NCBI GenBank assembly: GCA_015134375.1
Contig: CP043980.1
Coordinates: 96,384-160,383, forward strand
DNA length: 64,000 nt
Direction: 5' to 3'
Source of the DNA: Candidatus Stammera capleta
GTDB taxonomy: Bacteria > Pseudomonadota > Gammaproteobacteria > Enterobacterales > Enterobacteriaceae
Below the pieces are notes generated by a model, which did no database searches, was not told the DNA's origin, and saw only the letters and a list, made by a program, of their open reading frames with translations. Of the stretch, positions 22,055-33,031 are shown piece after piece (within the stretch, counting starts at the first letter, position 1; each line of letters starts with the position of its first letter). A program made the translations under genes and the position numbers.

Positions 22055-22534
22055 ATGAAAATTAATATTACTTTTTTAATACAAACAATATTATTTATTT
22101 TTTATATATATCTTTGTATTAAATTTATTTGACCATATATAAATAATGTTATAGAAAAGAGAAAGAAAAAATTATATTTTGAATTAAAAAAAATTAAAAA
22201 TGCTAAATTTAAAATTTTAAAATTAAATAAAGAAATAGAAATAAAAAAAATAATTAGAAAAAATATATTTTTAAAGATAGAAAATGAAATTAAACAATCA
22301 AAATTAAATTTATTTAATAAATATAAAAAAAAAGCTAAATTTAAATATAATAAAATTATTAATGAAGCTAAATTAAAAATAAATTTAGAAAAAATTTATA
22401 TGTATAATAATTTTAATAAAAATATATATAAAATTATATATTTAATATTAAAGAAAACTACTTATAATACTTTTAATGAAAAATTAGACAATAAATTTAT
22501 TAGTAAAATTTTAAATAAATATAAATCATGTTAA
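22055..22534 (+). CDS. atpF: F0F1 ATP synthase subunit b
   Basis: Not in the track (TGA at codon 24). N-terminal TM MKINITFLIQTILFIFYIYLCIKFIWPYINNVIEKRKKK is followed by a long charged helix. The call also rests on position between atpE and atpH. Confidence 0.7.
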
Positions 22535-23079
22535 AAAAAAAATTGTGTTATTCTTATTCTTTATGTATTATAAATATAGTTAAAAAAAAAAAAATAAAAT
22601 ATTATAATAATTGAATAAAATTTTTAAAAATTTTATGTATTTTATCTAAAAATAATAGTATTAATAAATATTGAAATTATAAGTATTTAGTAAATAAAAA
22701 AATTATTTTAATATATAAATATTTTATATTTATAGATAATTTAATGATTAATTTTTTAACTTTAATATTAAAAGATAATTTATTTATTTATATTAAAATT
22801 ATATATAATATTTTTATTAATATTTTTAATTGTATAAATAATATTAAAAATATATATATATATTCTAGGAATTATATAAGTAAAATTAATTTTATTTTTA
22901 TTAAAAAAATTATTTTATGTAAATTTAAGGGTAAAATAAATTTTTTTTTTATTAAAAAAAAAAATATTATAGCTGGTTTTAAAATATTTATTAATGATTT
23001 TGTAATTGATTATAGTTTATTAAATATTTTTAAAAAAATTAAATTATTAAGTTATAATGGATTTAAAAATGTATTTTAA
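22528..23079 (+). CDS. atpH: F0F1 ATP synthase subunit delta
   Basis: ATG 22528 overlaps the atpF end by 7 nt and is in the same frame as track ORF 22744..23079 (joined via TGA codons). The C-terminus NIIAGFKIFINDFVIDYSLLNIFKKIK aligns with E. coli delta [26 protein letters not shown]. The rest is very degenerate. Confidence 0.65.
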
Positions 23080-24610
23080 ATTTGATGATATAAGTGAAAT
23101 AATTAAATCTAGATTAGATAAATTAAATAATATAAATTATTATTATGAAGGTAAAATTATTTCTATAATAGATGGAATAATTAATATTACTGGATTATCT
23201 AATGTTTTTTTAAATGAATTATTAGAATTTGATAATATTGGTTATGGTTTAACTTTAGAGTTAAATAGAGATTTTGTAAGTGCTGTTTATTTAGGTTTTA
23301 GTAGTAAATTAAAACCTGGTGTTAAAGTTAAAAGTACAGGAAAAACATTAAAAGTACCAGTTGGTAATAGTTTATTAGGTAGGATTGTTAATCCTTTAGG
23401 TAAATGTATAGATGGTAAAAATAATATTATAGAAGATAAGTTTTATTCAATAGAAAGAAAATCACCTTCAATAATAAATAGAAGGTATATAAATAGACCA
23501 TTATGTACTGGATATAAATCTATTGATAGTATGATACCTATAGGTTTAGGACAGAGAGAATTAATAATAGGTGATAGAAAGACAGGTAAAACTAGTTTAG
23601 TATTAGATATTATTATTAATCAAAAAAATTTAAATGTTAAATGTGTTTATGTTTCTATTGGACAAAAATTATCTAGTGTTTTTAATTTAATAGAAAAGTT
23701 AGATTATTTTGATGCATTAGATTATACTATATTTGTTGTTTCTACTTCTTCTGATGAAGCTATTATGCAGTATATAGCACCTTATTCAGGATGTTCAATA
23801 GCTGAATATTTTAGAGACAAAGGAGAAGATGTTTTAATTATATATGATGATTTATCTAAGCATGCTATAGCTTATAGACAAATATCTTTATTATTACGTA
23901 GATCTCCAGGAAGAGAAGCTTATCCAGGTGATATATTTTATTTACATTCTAGGTTATTAGAAAGATCTGCTTATGTTAATTATAATTTCATAAAAAATTA
24001 TAATAAAAATTATAAAGTTGAAGATATTACAGGTTCTTTAACATCTTTACCTATTGTAGAAACATATGAAGGTGATATATCTTCTTTTGTAGCAACTAAT
24101 ATAATTTCTATAACTGATGGTCAAATATTTTTAGAATATGATTTATTTAATTCTGGTATAAAACCAGCAATAAATCCTGGTATATCTGTTTCAAGAGTAG
24201 GTTCTTCTGCTCAAACTAAAATTATGAAATATTTATCTAGTTCTTTAAGAACTTCTTTATCTCAATATTATGAATTATCAAATTTTTCTCAATTTTCTTC
24301 TAATTTAGATGATAATACTATAAATCAATTAAATTATGGTAAAAAAATTGTTGAAATATTAAAACAGAATCAATATAGTCCTTGTTGTTTATTTAGGCAA
24401 GTATTAATATTATTTTCTTTAAAATATGGATATTTAGATAATGTAGATACAGAAAATATTTCTTTATATGAAGAAGAATTATATAATTATGCTTCTAAAA
24501 ATTTTATTAAATTTAAAAATAATATAAATAGTTTCGGTTTAATAGATAAAGATATAATTAAATTTTTAAAAAAAATTATTATTATATTTAAGAAAAAAAT
24601 ATTTATTTAA
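23057..24610 (+). CDS. atpA: F0F1 ATP synthase subunit alpha
   Basis: GDRKTGKTSL (P-loop), ..YDDLSKHAIAYRQISLLLRRSPGREAYPGDIFYLHSRLLER.. The start may instead be ATG 23069 (MYFKFDDISEIIKSRL, versus E. coli MQLNSTEISELIKQRI). Confidence 0.95.
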   Translation: MDLKMYFKFDDISEIIKSRLDKLNNINYYYEGKIISIIDGIINITGLSNVFLNELLEFDNIGYGLTLELNRDFVSAVYLGFSSKLKPGVKVKSTGKTLKVPVGNSLLGRIVNPLGKCIDGKNNIIEDKFYSIERKSPSIINRRYINRPLCTGYKSIDSMIPIGLGQRELIIGDRKTGKTSLVLDIIINQKNLNVKCVYVSIGQKLSSVFNLIEKLDYFDALDYTIFVVSTSSDEAIMQYIAPYSGCSIAEYFRDKGEDVLIIYDDLSKHAIAYRQISLLLRRSPGREAYPGDIFYLHSRLLERSAYVNYNFIKNYNKNYKVEDITGSLTSLPIVETYEGDISSFVATNIISITDGQIFLEYDLFNSGIKPAINPGISVSRVGSSAQTKIMKYLSSSLRTSLSQYYELSNFSQFSSNLDDNTINQLNYGKKIVEILKQNQYSPCCLFRQVLILFSLKYGYLDNVDTENISLYEEELYNYASKNFIKFKNNINSFGLIDKDIIKFLKKIIIIFKKKIFI

Positions 24611-24619
24611 GGGGTTATT

Positions 24620-25486
24620 TTGATAAATAAAAAATATTTAAAAAATAGAATTAATATTACTAAGTATGCTTTTAAAATAACTAAATCTATTGAAACTATA
24701 TCAATATCTAAATTAAAAAATTTAGAAAATAAATTGGTTAATAACAATTTATATAATAATTTTTTATTAAAAATTATAAATAATATAAAATTTTTAGATA
24801 ACTATTTATTTTATTTTAATAAAAATTTGAATTCAAGTAAGATTTTTTATTTAATTATTTTTACTGATCAAGGTTTATGTGGTAATTTAAATATTAATTT
24901 ATTTAATAAAGTTAAATTAGATATAATAAATAAAAAATATAATAATAATAAAAAAGTTTATTTTTTATTATTAGGAAATAAATCTATCTTTTTAAAAAAA
25001 TATATTATTAATAATTTAAATTTTAAAGTTAAAATTATTAATTATAAAATTTCTAATGAAATGTTATTTAATAATAAATTTAAATTTATATTTTTAATAA
25101 ATAAAGTAATTAGTATTTATAATATTAATAAATCTAATATTTATATAGTTTTTAATGTTTTAAAAAAATTTAAAATTATTAATAATATAAATAAGTTATT
25201 ACCTATTAATTGTTATAAAAATAAATATAATATTAATTATATTTATGAAAATATTAATTATTTTAATATTAAAAATATATTTTATAAATATATTGAATCT
25301 TTAATATTTAATGGTGTTTTAAATAATTTGATTTCTGAAAATTTTTCTAGAATAATTATAATGAAAAATGCTTCTAAAAATTCAGAAAATTTATATTATA
25401 AATTAAATATTATGTATAATAAATTACGTCAATTTAATGTTACTAAAGAAATAATAGAATTGATTTCTAATTTAGATATTTTGTAA
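24620..25486 (+). CDS. atpG: F0F1 ATP synthase subunit gamma
   Basis: TTG start preceded by AAGGGG (24609-24614). N-terminus ..RINITKYAFKITKSIETISISKLKN and C-terminus NKLRQFNVTKEIIELISN align to the conserved ends of gamma. Confidence 0.85.
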   Translation: MINKKYLKNRINITKYAFKITKSIETISISKLKNLENKLVNNNLYNNFLLKIINNIKFLDNYLFYFNKNLNSSKIFYLIIFTDQGLCGNLNINLFNKVKLDIINKKYNNNKKVYFLLLGNKSIFLKKYIINNLNFKVKIINYKISNEMLFNNKFKFIFLINKVISIYNINKSNIYIVFNVLKKFKIINNINKLLPINCYKNKYNINYIYENINYFNIKNIFYKYIESLIFNGVLNNLISENFSRIIIMKNASKNSENLYYKLNIMYNKLRQFNVTKEIIELISNLDIL

Positions 25487-25510
25487 AATTTTTATTTTAT
25501 GGTTATTTAA

Positions 25511-26890
<1,380 letters not shown>

Positions 26891-26899
26891 TTTTATATT

Positions 26900-27316
26900 A
26901 TGAATAAATTTAAAATTTGTATTTTAAATAAATTTTATATATTATTTGAATTATATATATATAATTTAAAGTTACTAAATATTGGATTAGAAATATATTA
27001 TAATCATACTCCATTATTATGTTATATTGATAAAAGTATTTTGTTATTAAATTATAAAAAAAAATATAAATTTTTTTTTATAATTAATGGTTTATTAGAA
27101 TTTAAAAATAATAAAATTATGTTAGTTACTGATAAATTAATAAATTATAGAGATATAAATAAAAATTTAATAAAAAAAAAAAAAAAAAAAATTGAAAAAA
27201 AAATATTAAAATATAAAAATTTAAATATTTTAGATAAATATTTATTCTATATTAATAAGAGAAATATATATATAGATTATTTAAATATTTTAAAATTTAA
27301 AAAATATTATAAATAA
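26900..27316 (+). CDS. atpC: F0F1 ATP synthase subunit epsilon
   Basis: A 138-aa ORF directly after atpD. The sequence is highly degenerate, so the call is mainly positional. It contains an in-frame A20 tract (27172-27191). Confidence 0.65.
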   Translation: MNKFKICILNKFYILFELYIYNLKLLNIGLEIYYNHTPLLCYIDKSILLLNYKKKYKFFFIINGLLEFKNNKIMLVTDKLINYRDINKNLIKKKKKKIEKKILKYKNLNILDKYLFYINKRNIYIDYLNILKFKKYYK

Positions 27317-27399
27317 ATTTTTATTATAAATAGTTTTTATATATTTTTTATAGTATAATAATTTTTATAATATTTTATTTTTTTTTTTTATTTATATTT

Positions 27400-27472
27400 G
27401 GGGTTATAGCTCAATTGGTAGAGTTTCTGCTTTGCAAGCAGAAGGTTAGCGGTTCAATTCCGCTTAACTCCA
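27400..27472 (+). tRNA. tRNA-Ala (anticodon UGC)
   Basis: Acceptor GGGGTTA/TAACTCC with the G3-U70 identity pair. Anticodon stem TCTGC/GCAGA, loop TTTGCAA. No encoded CCA. Confidence 0.9.
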
Positions 27473-27483
27473 TTAATTTTTAT

Positions 27484-27556
<73 letters not shown>

Positions 27557-27576
27557 TTTTAATTAATATAGATATA

Positions 27577-27658
27577 GGTGGGATTCCTGAGTGGTTAAAA
27601 GGGACAGACTGTAAATCTGTTGTCATTGACTTCGAAGGTTCAAATCCTTCTCCCACCA
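27577..27658 (+). tRNA. tRNA-Tyr (anticodon GUA)
   Basis: Acceptor GGTGGGA/TCCCACC. Anticodon stem ACAGA/TCTGT, loop CTGTAAA. Long variable arm (bacterial type II). Confidence 0.9.
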
Positions 27659-27676
27659 TTAATTATTATTGTTATT

Positions 27677-27749
27677 GCGAATATTGTATAAAGGTTTATT
27701 ATATTAGCCTTCCAAGCTAAAGATACGGGTTCGAATCCCGTTATTCGCT
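27677..27749 (+). tRNA. tRNA-Gly (anticodon UCC)
   Basis: Acceptor GCGAATA/TATTCGC. Anticodon stem TTAGC/GCTAA, loop CTTCCAA. T-arm ACGGG-TTCGAAT-CCCGT. Confidence 0.85.
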
Positions 27750-30326
27750 TTTTAATATTTTGATTTTTAAATTTATATTTTTATATAAATTAAATATATT
27801 TTTATTTTTTATAATATTTTTATAATTTTTAAATTTTATTTTATTTAAATTATTATTATTATTATTTTTAATTAAATAAATATTATTAATAATATTTTTT
27901 TTTATTTCTATTTTACTATTATATATATATATATTAAATTTTTTTTTTAAATTTAATTTTCTTATTAATATAATTATTTTTTTTATAATTTTAAAATAAA
28001 TTATATATTTTTTTTTATTATATAATTTTTTTATTTTTGGTAATTTACTTAAAAGTATAGATTTATTATTTTTATTTTTTTTATTTAAATTATTAAATTT
28101 TTTTCATAAATATTCTGTTATAAAAGGTATAATTGGATGTGAAAATTTTAGTATATTTTTATATATTTTTTTTAAAGTTTTAATATTTTTTTTATTAATT
28201 TTTTTATTTTTTATAGTTAATTTAAATAATTCAATATATCAATCACAAAATTTATTTTTTAAGAAATTTTTTAATAAAATATATATTTTATTAAATTTAT
28301 AATTATTTATATATTTATTATATTTTTTTATAAATTTATTTAATTTATTAATTATTCAATAGTCAATTAAATTATTTTTATTTTTTTTTATAGTTTTTAT
28401 TTTATTTTTTATATTTAAAAATATAAATTTTGATATATTTCATAATTTATTACAATAATTATAACTTTCGTTTAATTTTTTTATATTAAATTTTATTTTT
28501 AATTTTGAATTTGATATTGATATTAAATTTAATCTTAAAATATCTGTATTATGTTTTTTTATACCATTAGGAAAAAATTTTTTTGTTAATTTTATAATTT
28601 TTTTTTTTTTATTTTTTTTAATTAAATTTTTAGTTCTTTTTTTTATTAAATTTTTTATTGATATTCCATTAATAACATCTTTAGGATCTATTATATTTCC
28701 AATAGATTTAGACATTTTATTTCCTTTTTCATCTGTTATTAAACCAGTTATAAAAATTTTTTTAAATGGTATTATTGATTTTTTTTTTTTTTTTATTATT
28801 GATAATGTTATCATTATCATTTTAGATATTCAGAAAAATATTATATCAAATCCACTTACTATTAAATTTATAGGGTAAAAATTATTAAATATTTTATTTT
28901 TTTTAGGTCAACCTAAACTTGAAAAAGTTCATAATGAAGATGAAAATCAAGTATCTAATATATTTTTATCTTGTTTTAAATTTATATTTTTATTTATATT
29001 ATATTTTTTAATAATATATTTTTTATTTTTACCTAAATATATTTTATTATTATTATCATATCAAATAGGTATTTTATGTCCTCATTTTATTTGTCTAGAT
29101 ATACATCAATCTTTAATATTTTTCATTCAATAAAAATATAAATTTTTATATTTTTTTGGAATAAATTTTATTTTTTTTTCTTTAACATATTTTATTGCTT
29201 TTTTAGAAAGTGTTTTTGTTTTAATAAATCATTGTTTTTTTAATATTTTAATAATTTTTGTTTTTGTTTTAATACTGTAATTTATTTTTTTTTTTATTTT
29301 TTTTATTTTATAAATATTTTTTTTTATATTTAATATTTTTATTATTTTATTTTTATTTAAATTTTTATATTTATTTTTAATTTTTTTTATTTTTTTAAAT
29401 TTATAATTGAAAATATTAAATATGTTTGATATTTTTCCTTTTTTATTAAAAATATTTATTATATTTAATTTTAGTTTTTTTATTAACTTTATATTTTTTG
29501 AATTTATTTTATTTGTATTTAATATATATATATTTTTTTTTAAATTTAAATTTTTATTAAATATAAAAATTTTAATTTTTTTTTTATTTATAGGATTAAT
29601 TATATATTTATGTTTGTTAACTAATTTTATAAAAGGTTTATAATTACTTTTAATAAATATAGCTATATTAGATAATATATATTTTATATTTGTTGTTGGT
29701 ATTATTAATATAATATTAGAATTTATAAGTTTATATTTAATATAATATTTATTAATTTTTTTTTTTTTTTTATATATTTCTAAATCAGAAATAGTAGTTT
29801 TTAATTTTTTATCTCAATTTATTATTTTATATTTTTGATATATTAATTTTTTTTTATATAATTTTATAAAAGCTTTATTAACTGAATTAGAAAAATTATT
29901 ATTTAATGTAAAATTTTTTATTTTTCAAAAAATACTACATCCTAATTTTTTTTTTTGTTTATTTATTTTTTTTTCATATTTTTTTTTTCATTTTCATAAT
30001 TCTTTAATTAATTTTTTTTTATTATATTTTATTTTTTTTTTTTTTAAATATTTTTCTACTACTATTTGAGTTGATATTCCTGCATGATCTGTACCTGTTA
30101 TTCATAATGTATTATATCCTGACATTTTTTTATATCTTATAATTATATCCATAATTGTTTGTTGATATGCATGTCCTATATGAAGATTTCCAGTTATATT
30201 TGGAGGAGGCATAATTATTGAAAAATTTTTATTATTTTTATTTTTATTTGGATTAAATAATTTTTTTTTTAATCAAAATTTGTATATTTTTTTTTCTTTT
30301 TTAATTAGATCTAATATATTTTTCAT
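27741..30326 (-). CDS. valS: valyl-tRNA synthetase
   Basis: Only one fragment (28440..28820, with [12 protein letters not shown]) appears in the track. Read with TGA=Trp, one frame runs from ATG 30326 ([69 protein letters not shown]) through [58 protein letters not shown] and [13 protein letters not shown] to TAA 27741-27743. I checked every codon from 28440 downward. The 3' end overlaps tRNA-Gly by 9 nt (convergent). Confidence 0.92.
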
Positions 30327-30333
30327 ATATTTT

Positions 30334-31763
30334 TTAATTATAATATTTTTTTATAAATTTTGTTATTAAATAAATTGTTCTACCAGTAGAACCTTTGTTA
30401 TTTGATGCTGTGCCAGCTATATCTAAATGTGCTCATTTGTTTTTTTTAATAAATTTATTTAAAAAACATGCTGATATAATTGTGTCAGCATAATTTTTAT
30501 TACTACAATTTTTTATATCAGCTATATTTGATTTTATATATTTATTATATTTTTTAAACAAAGGTAATTCTCAAATATAGTCTTTTATTTTTTTACTTAT
30601 TTTAATTAATCTTTTTGATATTTTTTTATTATTAGTAATTAATGCACTTATCTTTTTTCCTAATGTATATATACATGATCCTGTTAATGTAGCTATAGTT
30701 ATTATTAATTTAGGTTTATATTTATTTGAGTATGATATTGCATCACATAATAATAATCTACCTTCAGCATCAGTATTTATTATTTCTATAGTTTTCTTTG
30801 ATAATGTTTTTATTATATCTCCTGGTTTAGTAGAATTATTATTTATCATATTTTCTGCACAGCATAATATTCCAATTATATTTATATTATATTTAAGTTT
30901 ATTAATAATATATATTATTGATAAAACTATTGCTGCTCCAGACATATCAAATTTCATTTCATTCATTTTAATATATGGTTTAAGACATAATCCTCCTGTA
31001 TCAAATGTTATACCTTTACCTATTATTATTATTGGTTTTTTTTTTTTTTTTTTATATTTTATTTTAATTAATTTAGATTTATTTAAAGATCCTTTATTTA
31101 CAGATAAATATGAATTCATACCTAATTTTTTCATTTTTTTTTCATTTAGATATGAAATTTTAATATTTTTACCTTTAATTAATTTTTTTGCTTTTTTTAG
31201 TATATAGTTTGTATTACAAATATTTGGTGGCATGTTACAAATATTTCTATTTATTTTAATAGCTTTTGATATTATTTTAGATTTATATATTGTATTTAAT
31301 ATTTTTTTTTTTTTTTTTTTTTAATGTTAAAATAAAAATGTGTTTTTATTTTTTTTTTATTTTTTTTAAATTTATTGAATTTATATGTATTATATTCAAT
31401 AATTTTTATTAAATTAAATATTTTTCAGTATATATTTTTTATTTTTAAATTTTTTAATAAAAATATTAAATTTTTATATTTATTATTATTTATTATTTTT
31501 AATATTTTTTTAACTAATATTTTAAATATATTAAAATTTATTTTATTAATTTTATATTTAATTATTATAATTTTTATTTTATTTTTTTTTTTATTTATTT
31601 TATATATATTATATTTTTTAATATTATTATTATTTTTAATTTTTTTATATATAATATTTTTATATTTTTTTAATTCTATTTTATTATTTTTATTTATAAA
31701 AATAATTATACAATCATATTTATTTATATTTTTATTTATATTTGTTTCTATTTTGTATTTCAT
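30334..31763 (-). CDS. pepA: leucyl aminopeptidase PepA, reading frame interrupted inside an A21 tract (needs +1/-2 nt to be read through)
   Basis: The N-terminal domain is in the frame of track ORF 31425..31763 (MKYKIETNINKNINKYDCIIIFINKNN..IEYNTYKFNKFKK..). The catalytic domain is in the frame of track ORF 30571..31233 and continues to TAA 30334-30336 (..AIKINRNICNMPPNICNTNYL..GKGITFDTGG..MKFDMSGAA..NTDAEGRLLLCD..WAHLDIAGTA). The two frames differ by one nt and meet only within the homopolymer 31302-31322. Confidence 0.85.
31302..31322 (-). repeat. A21 homopolymer on the pepA coding strand (T21 on + strand)
   Basis: Counted directly: 9 + 10 + 2 consecutive T on the + strand. This is the longest homopolymer seen in the window and the site of the pepA frame change. 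Confidence 0.9.
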
Positions 31764-31849
31764 ATATATATTTTATATAATTTATATATTTTATTTTTTA
31801 TATTATAATATTTTAATATTATGTTTTGTATTAAATTATAAAAATTATT

Positions 31850-32389
31850 ATGGTAAATATAAAAAATAATCTTTTTATAGGAAATAAAATTATATATTTA
31901 AATGAACCTTATTTAATTGAATTTGTAGAATTTATTAAACCAGGTAAATGTAAACCTTTTGTAAGATTAAAAATAAGAAATTTAATAAATTTTAAGTTAA
32001 TTGATAAAACTTTTAAATTTTTGAATAATATAAAAATTGCTAATATATTTTATTATAAATATAATTTTATATATAAAACTAAAGAAAATTTTTATTTTAT
32101 TAATAAAAATTTTAAACAAATTGTTATAGATAAAAAAATTATAAGTAATAATAAATATTTTTTACATAATAATAATAAGTATAATATAATTTTTTGAAAT
32201 AATAAACCTATAAATGTTATTATACCTAATATTATAAATGTTAAAGTATATTCAATAATTTCAAATAAAAATAATAAATTAAATTTAGTTAAGTTATATA
32301 ATAATTTAATTATTAAAGTACCTTATTTTATCAAAAAAAATGATTGAATAAAAATTAATATTAATAAAATTTATATTTCTAGATTATAA
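31850..32389 (+). CDS. efp: elongation factor P
   Basis: ..LNEPYLIEFVEFIKPGKCKPFVRLKIRNL.. (KPGKG loop with the modified Lys). Track ORF 31850..32197 continues through TGA 32195-32197 (the conserved Trp of ..TLWNG..) and a second TGA to TAA 32387-32389. Confidence 0.88.
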
Positions 32390-32400
32390 AAAATAAATAA

Positions 32401-32474
32401 CAGGGGCAGAAGGAATTGAACCCTCAACCTATGGTTTTGGAGACCATCGTTCTACCTAATTAAACTATACCCCT
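32401..32474 (-). tRNA. tRNA-Trp (anticodon CCA)
   Basis: The reverse complement reads AGGGGTATAGTTTAATTAGGTAGAACGATGGTCTCCAAAACCATAGGTTGAGGGTTCAATTCCTTCTGCCCCTG. Anticodon stem ATGGT/ACCAT, loop CTCCAAA. It is collinear with E. coli tRNA-Trp. The D-stem is GTTT/GAAC, i.e. A at position 24. Confidence 0.9.
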
Positions 32475-32485
32475 ATTTAATTTAT

Positions 32486-32558
32486 TAGGTCTAAGTGGAA
32501 TTGAACCACTGACCTCACCCTTATCAGGGGTGTGCTCTATCCTCTGAGCTATAGACCT
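32486..32558 (-). tRNA. tRNA-Ile (anticodon GAU)
   Basis: The reverse complement reads AGGTCTATAGCTCAGAGGATAGAGCACACCCCTGATAAGGGTGAGGTCAGTGGTTCAATTCCACTTAGACCTA. Loop CTGATAA. It is close to E. coli tRNA-Ile1. Confidence 0.9.
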
Positions 32559-32662
32559 TTAATTTTAATTAAAAATTAAATTAATAATATATTATCAAAT
32601 AATTGTTTTTATGTCATTATTAAAATATAATTAATTTAAAAAATTTAATTAAAAAAAAAATT

Positions 32663-33016
32663 ATGGATAAAATTAATATATTTAAAGAAATTTTAAAAAG
32701 AAAAATTAAATCAGATATAATTTATAGAGATTTTTTTGTTACAGCATTTAATGATATTAATCCTGTGGCACCTATTCATATAATATTAATACCTAATAAT
32801 TATATTAAAAATATTAATAATGTTAATAATTCTGATATATTTATTTTAGGTAAAATGTTATTAGTTTGTTCTAAAATTGCAAAATATAAAAATATTGATA
32901 TTAGTGGTTATAGATTAGTAATTAATTGTAATAAAGATTCAGGTCAAGAAATTGATTATTTTCATATTCATATTTTAGGTGGTAAATTTTTAGGTAATTT
33001 TATTTGTAATATTTAA
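32663..33016 (+). CDS. hinT: HIT-family purine nucleoside phosphoramidase (HinT-like)
   Basis: It aligns along its whole length to E. coli HinT: IFKEILKRKIKSDIIYRD..VTAFNDINPVAPIHIILIP..GYRLVINCNKDSGQEIDYFHIHILGG (histidine triad). Confidence 0.88.
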   Translation: MDKINIFKEILKRKIKSDIIYRDFFVTAFNDINPVAPIHIILIPNNYIKNINNVNNSDIFILGKMLLVCSKIAKYKNIDISGYRLVINCNKDSGQEIDYFHIHILGGKFLGNFICNI

Positions 33017-33031
33017 TAATTTTATATATTT

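Noticed and set aside
29407-31869. Track ORFs 29407..29643(+) and 31375..31869(+, 164 aa, very hydrophobic).
   Set aside because: They are antisense to valS and to the pepA N-terminal domain respectively. Both partner genes align to E. coli orthologues across these segments.
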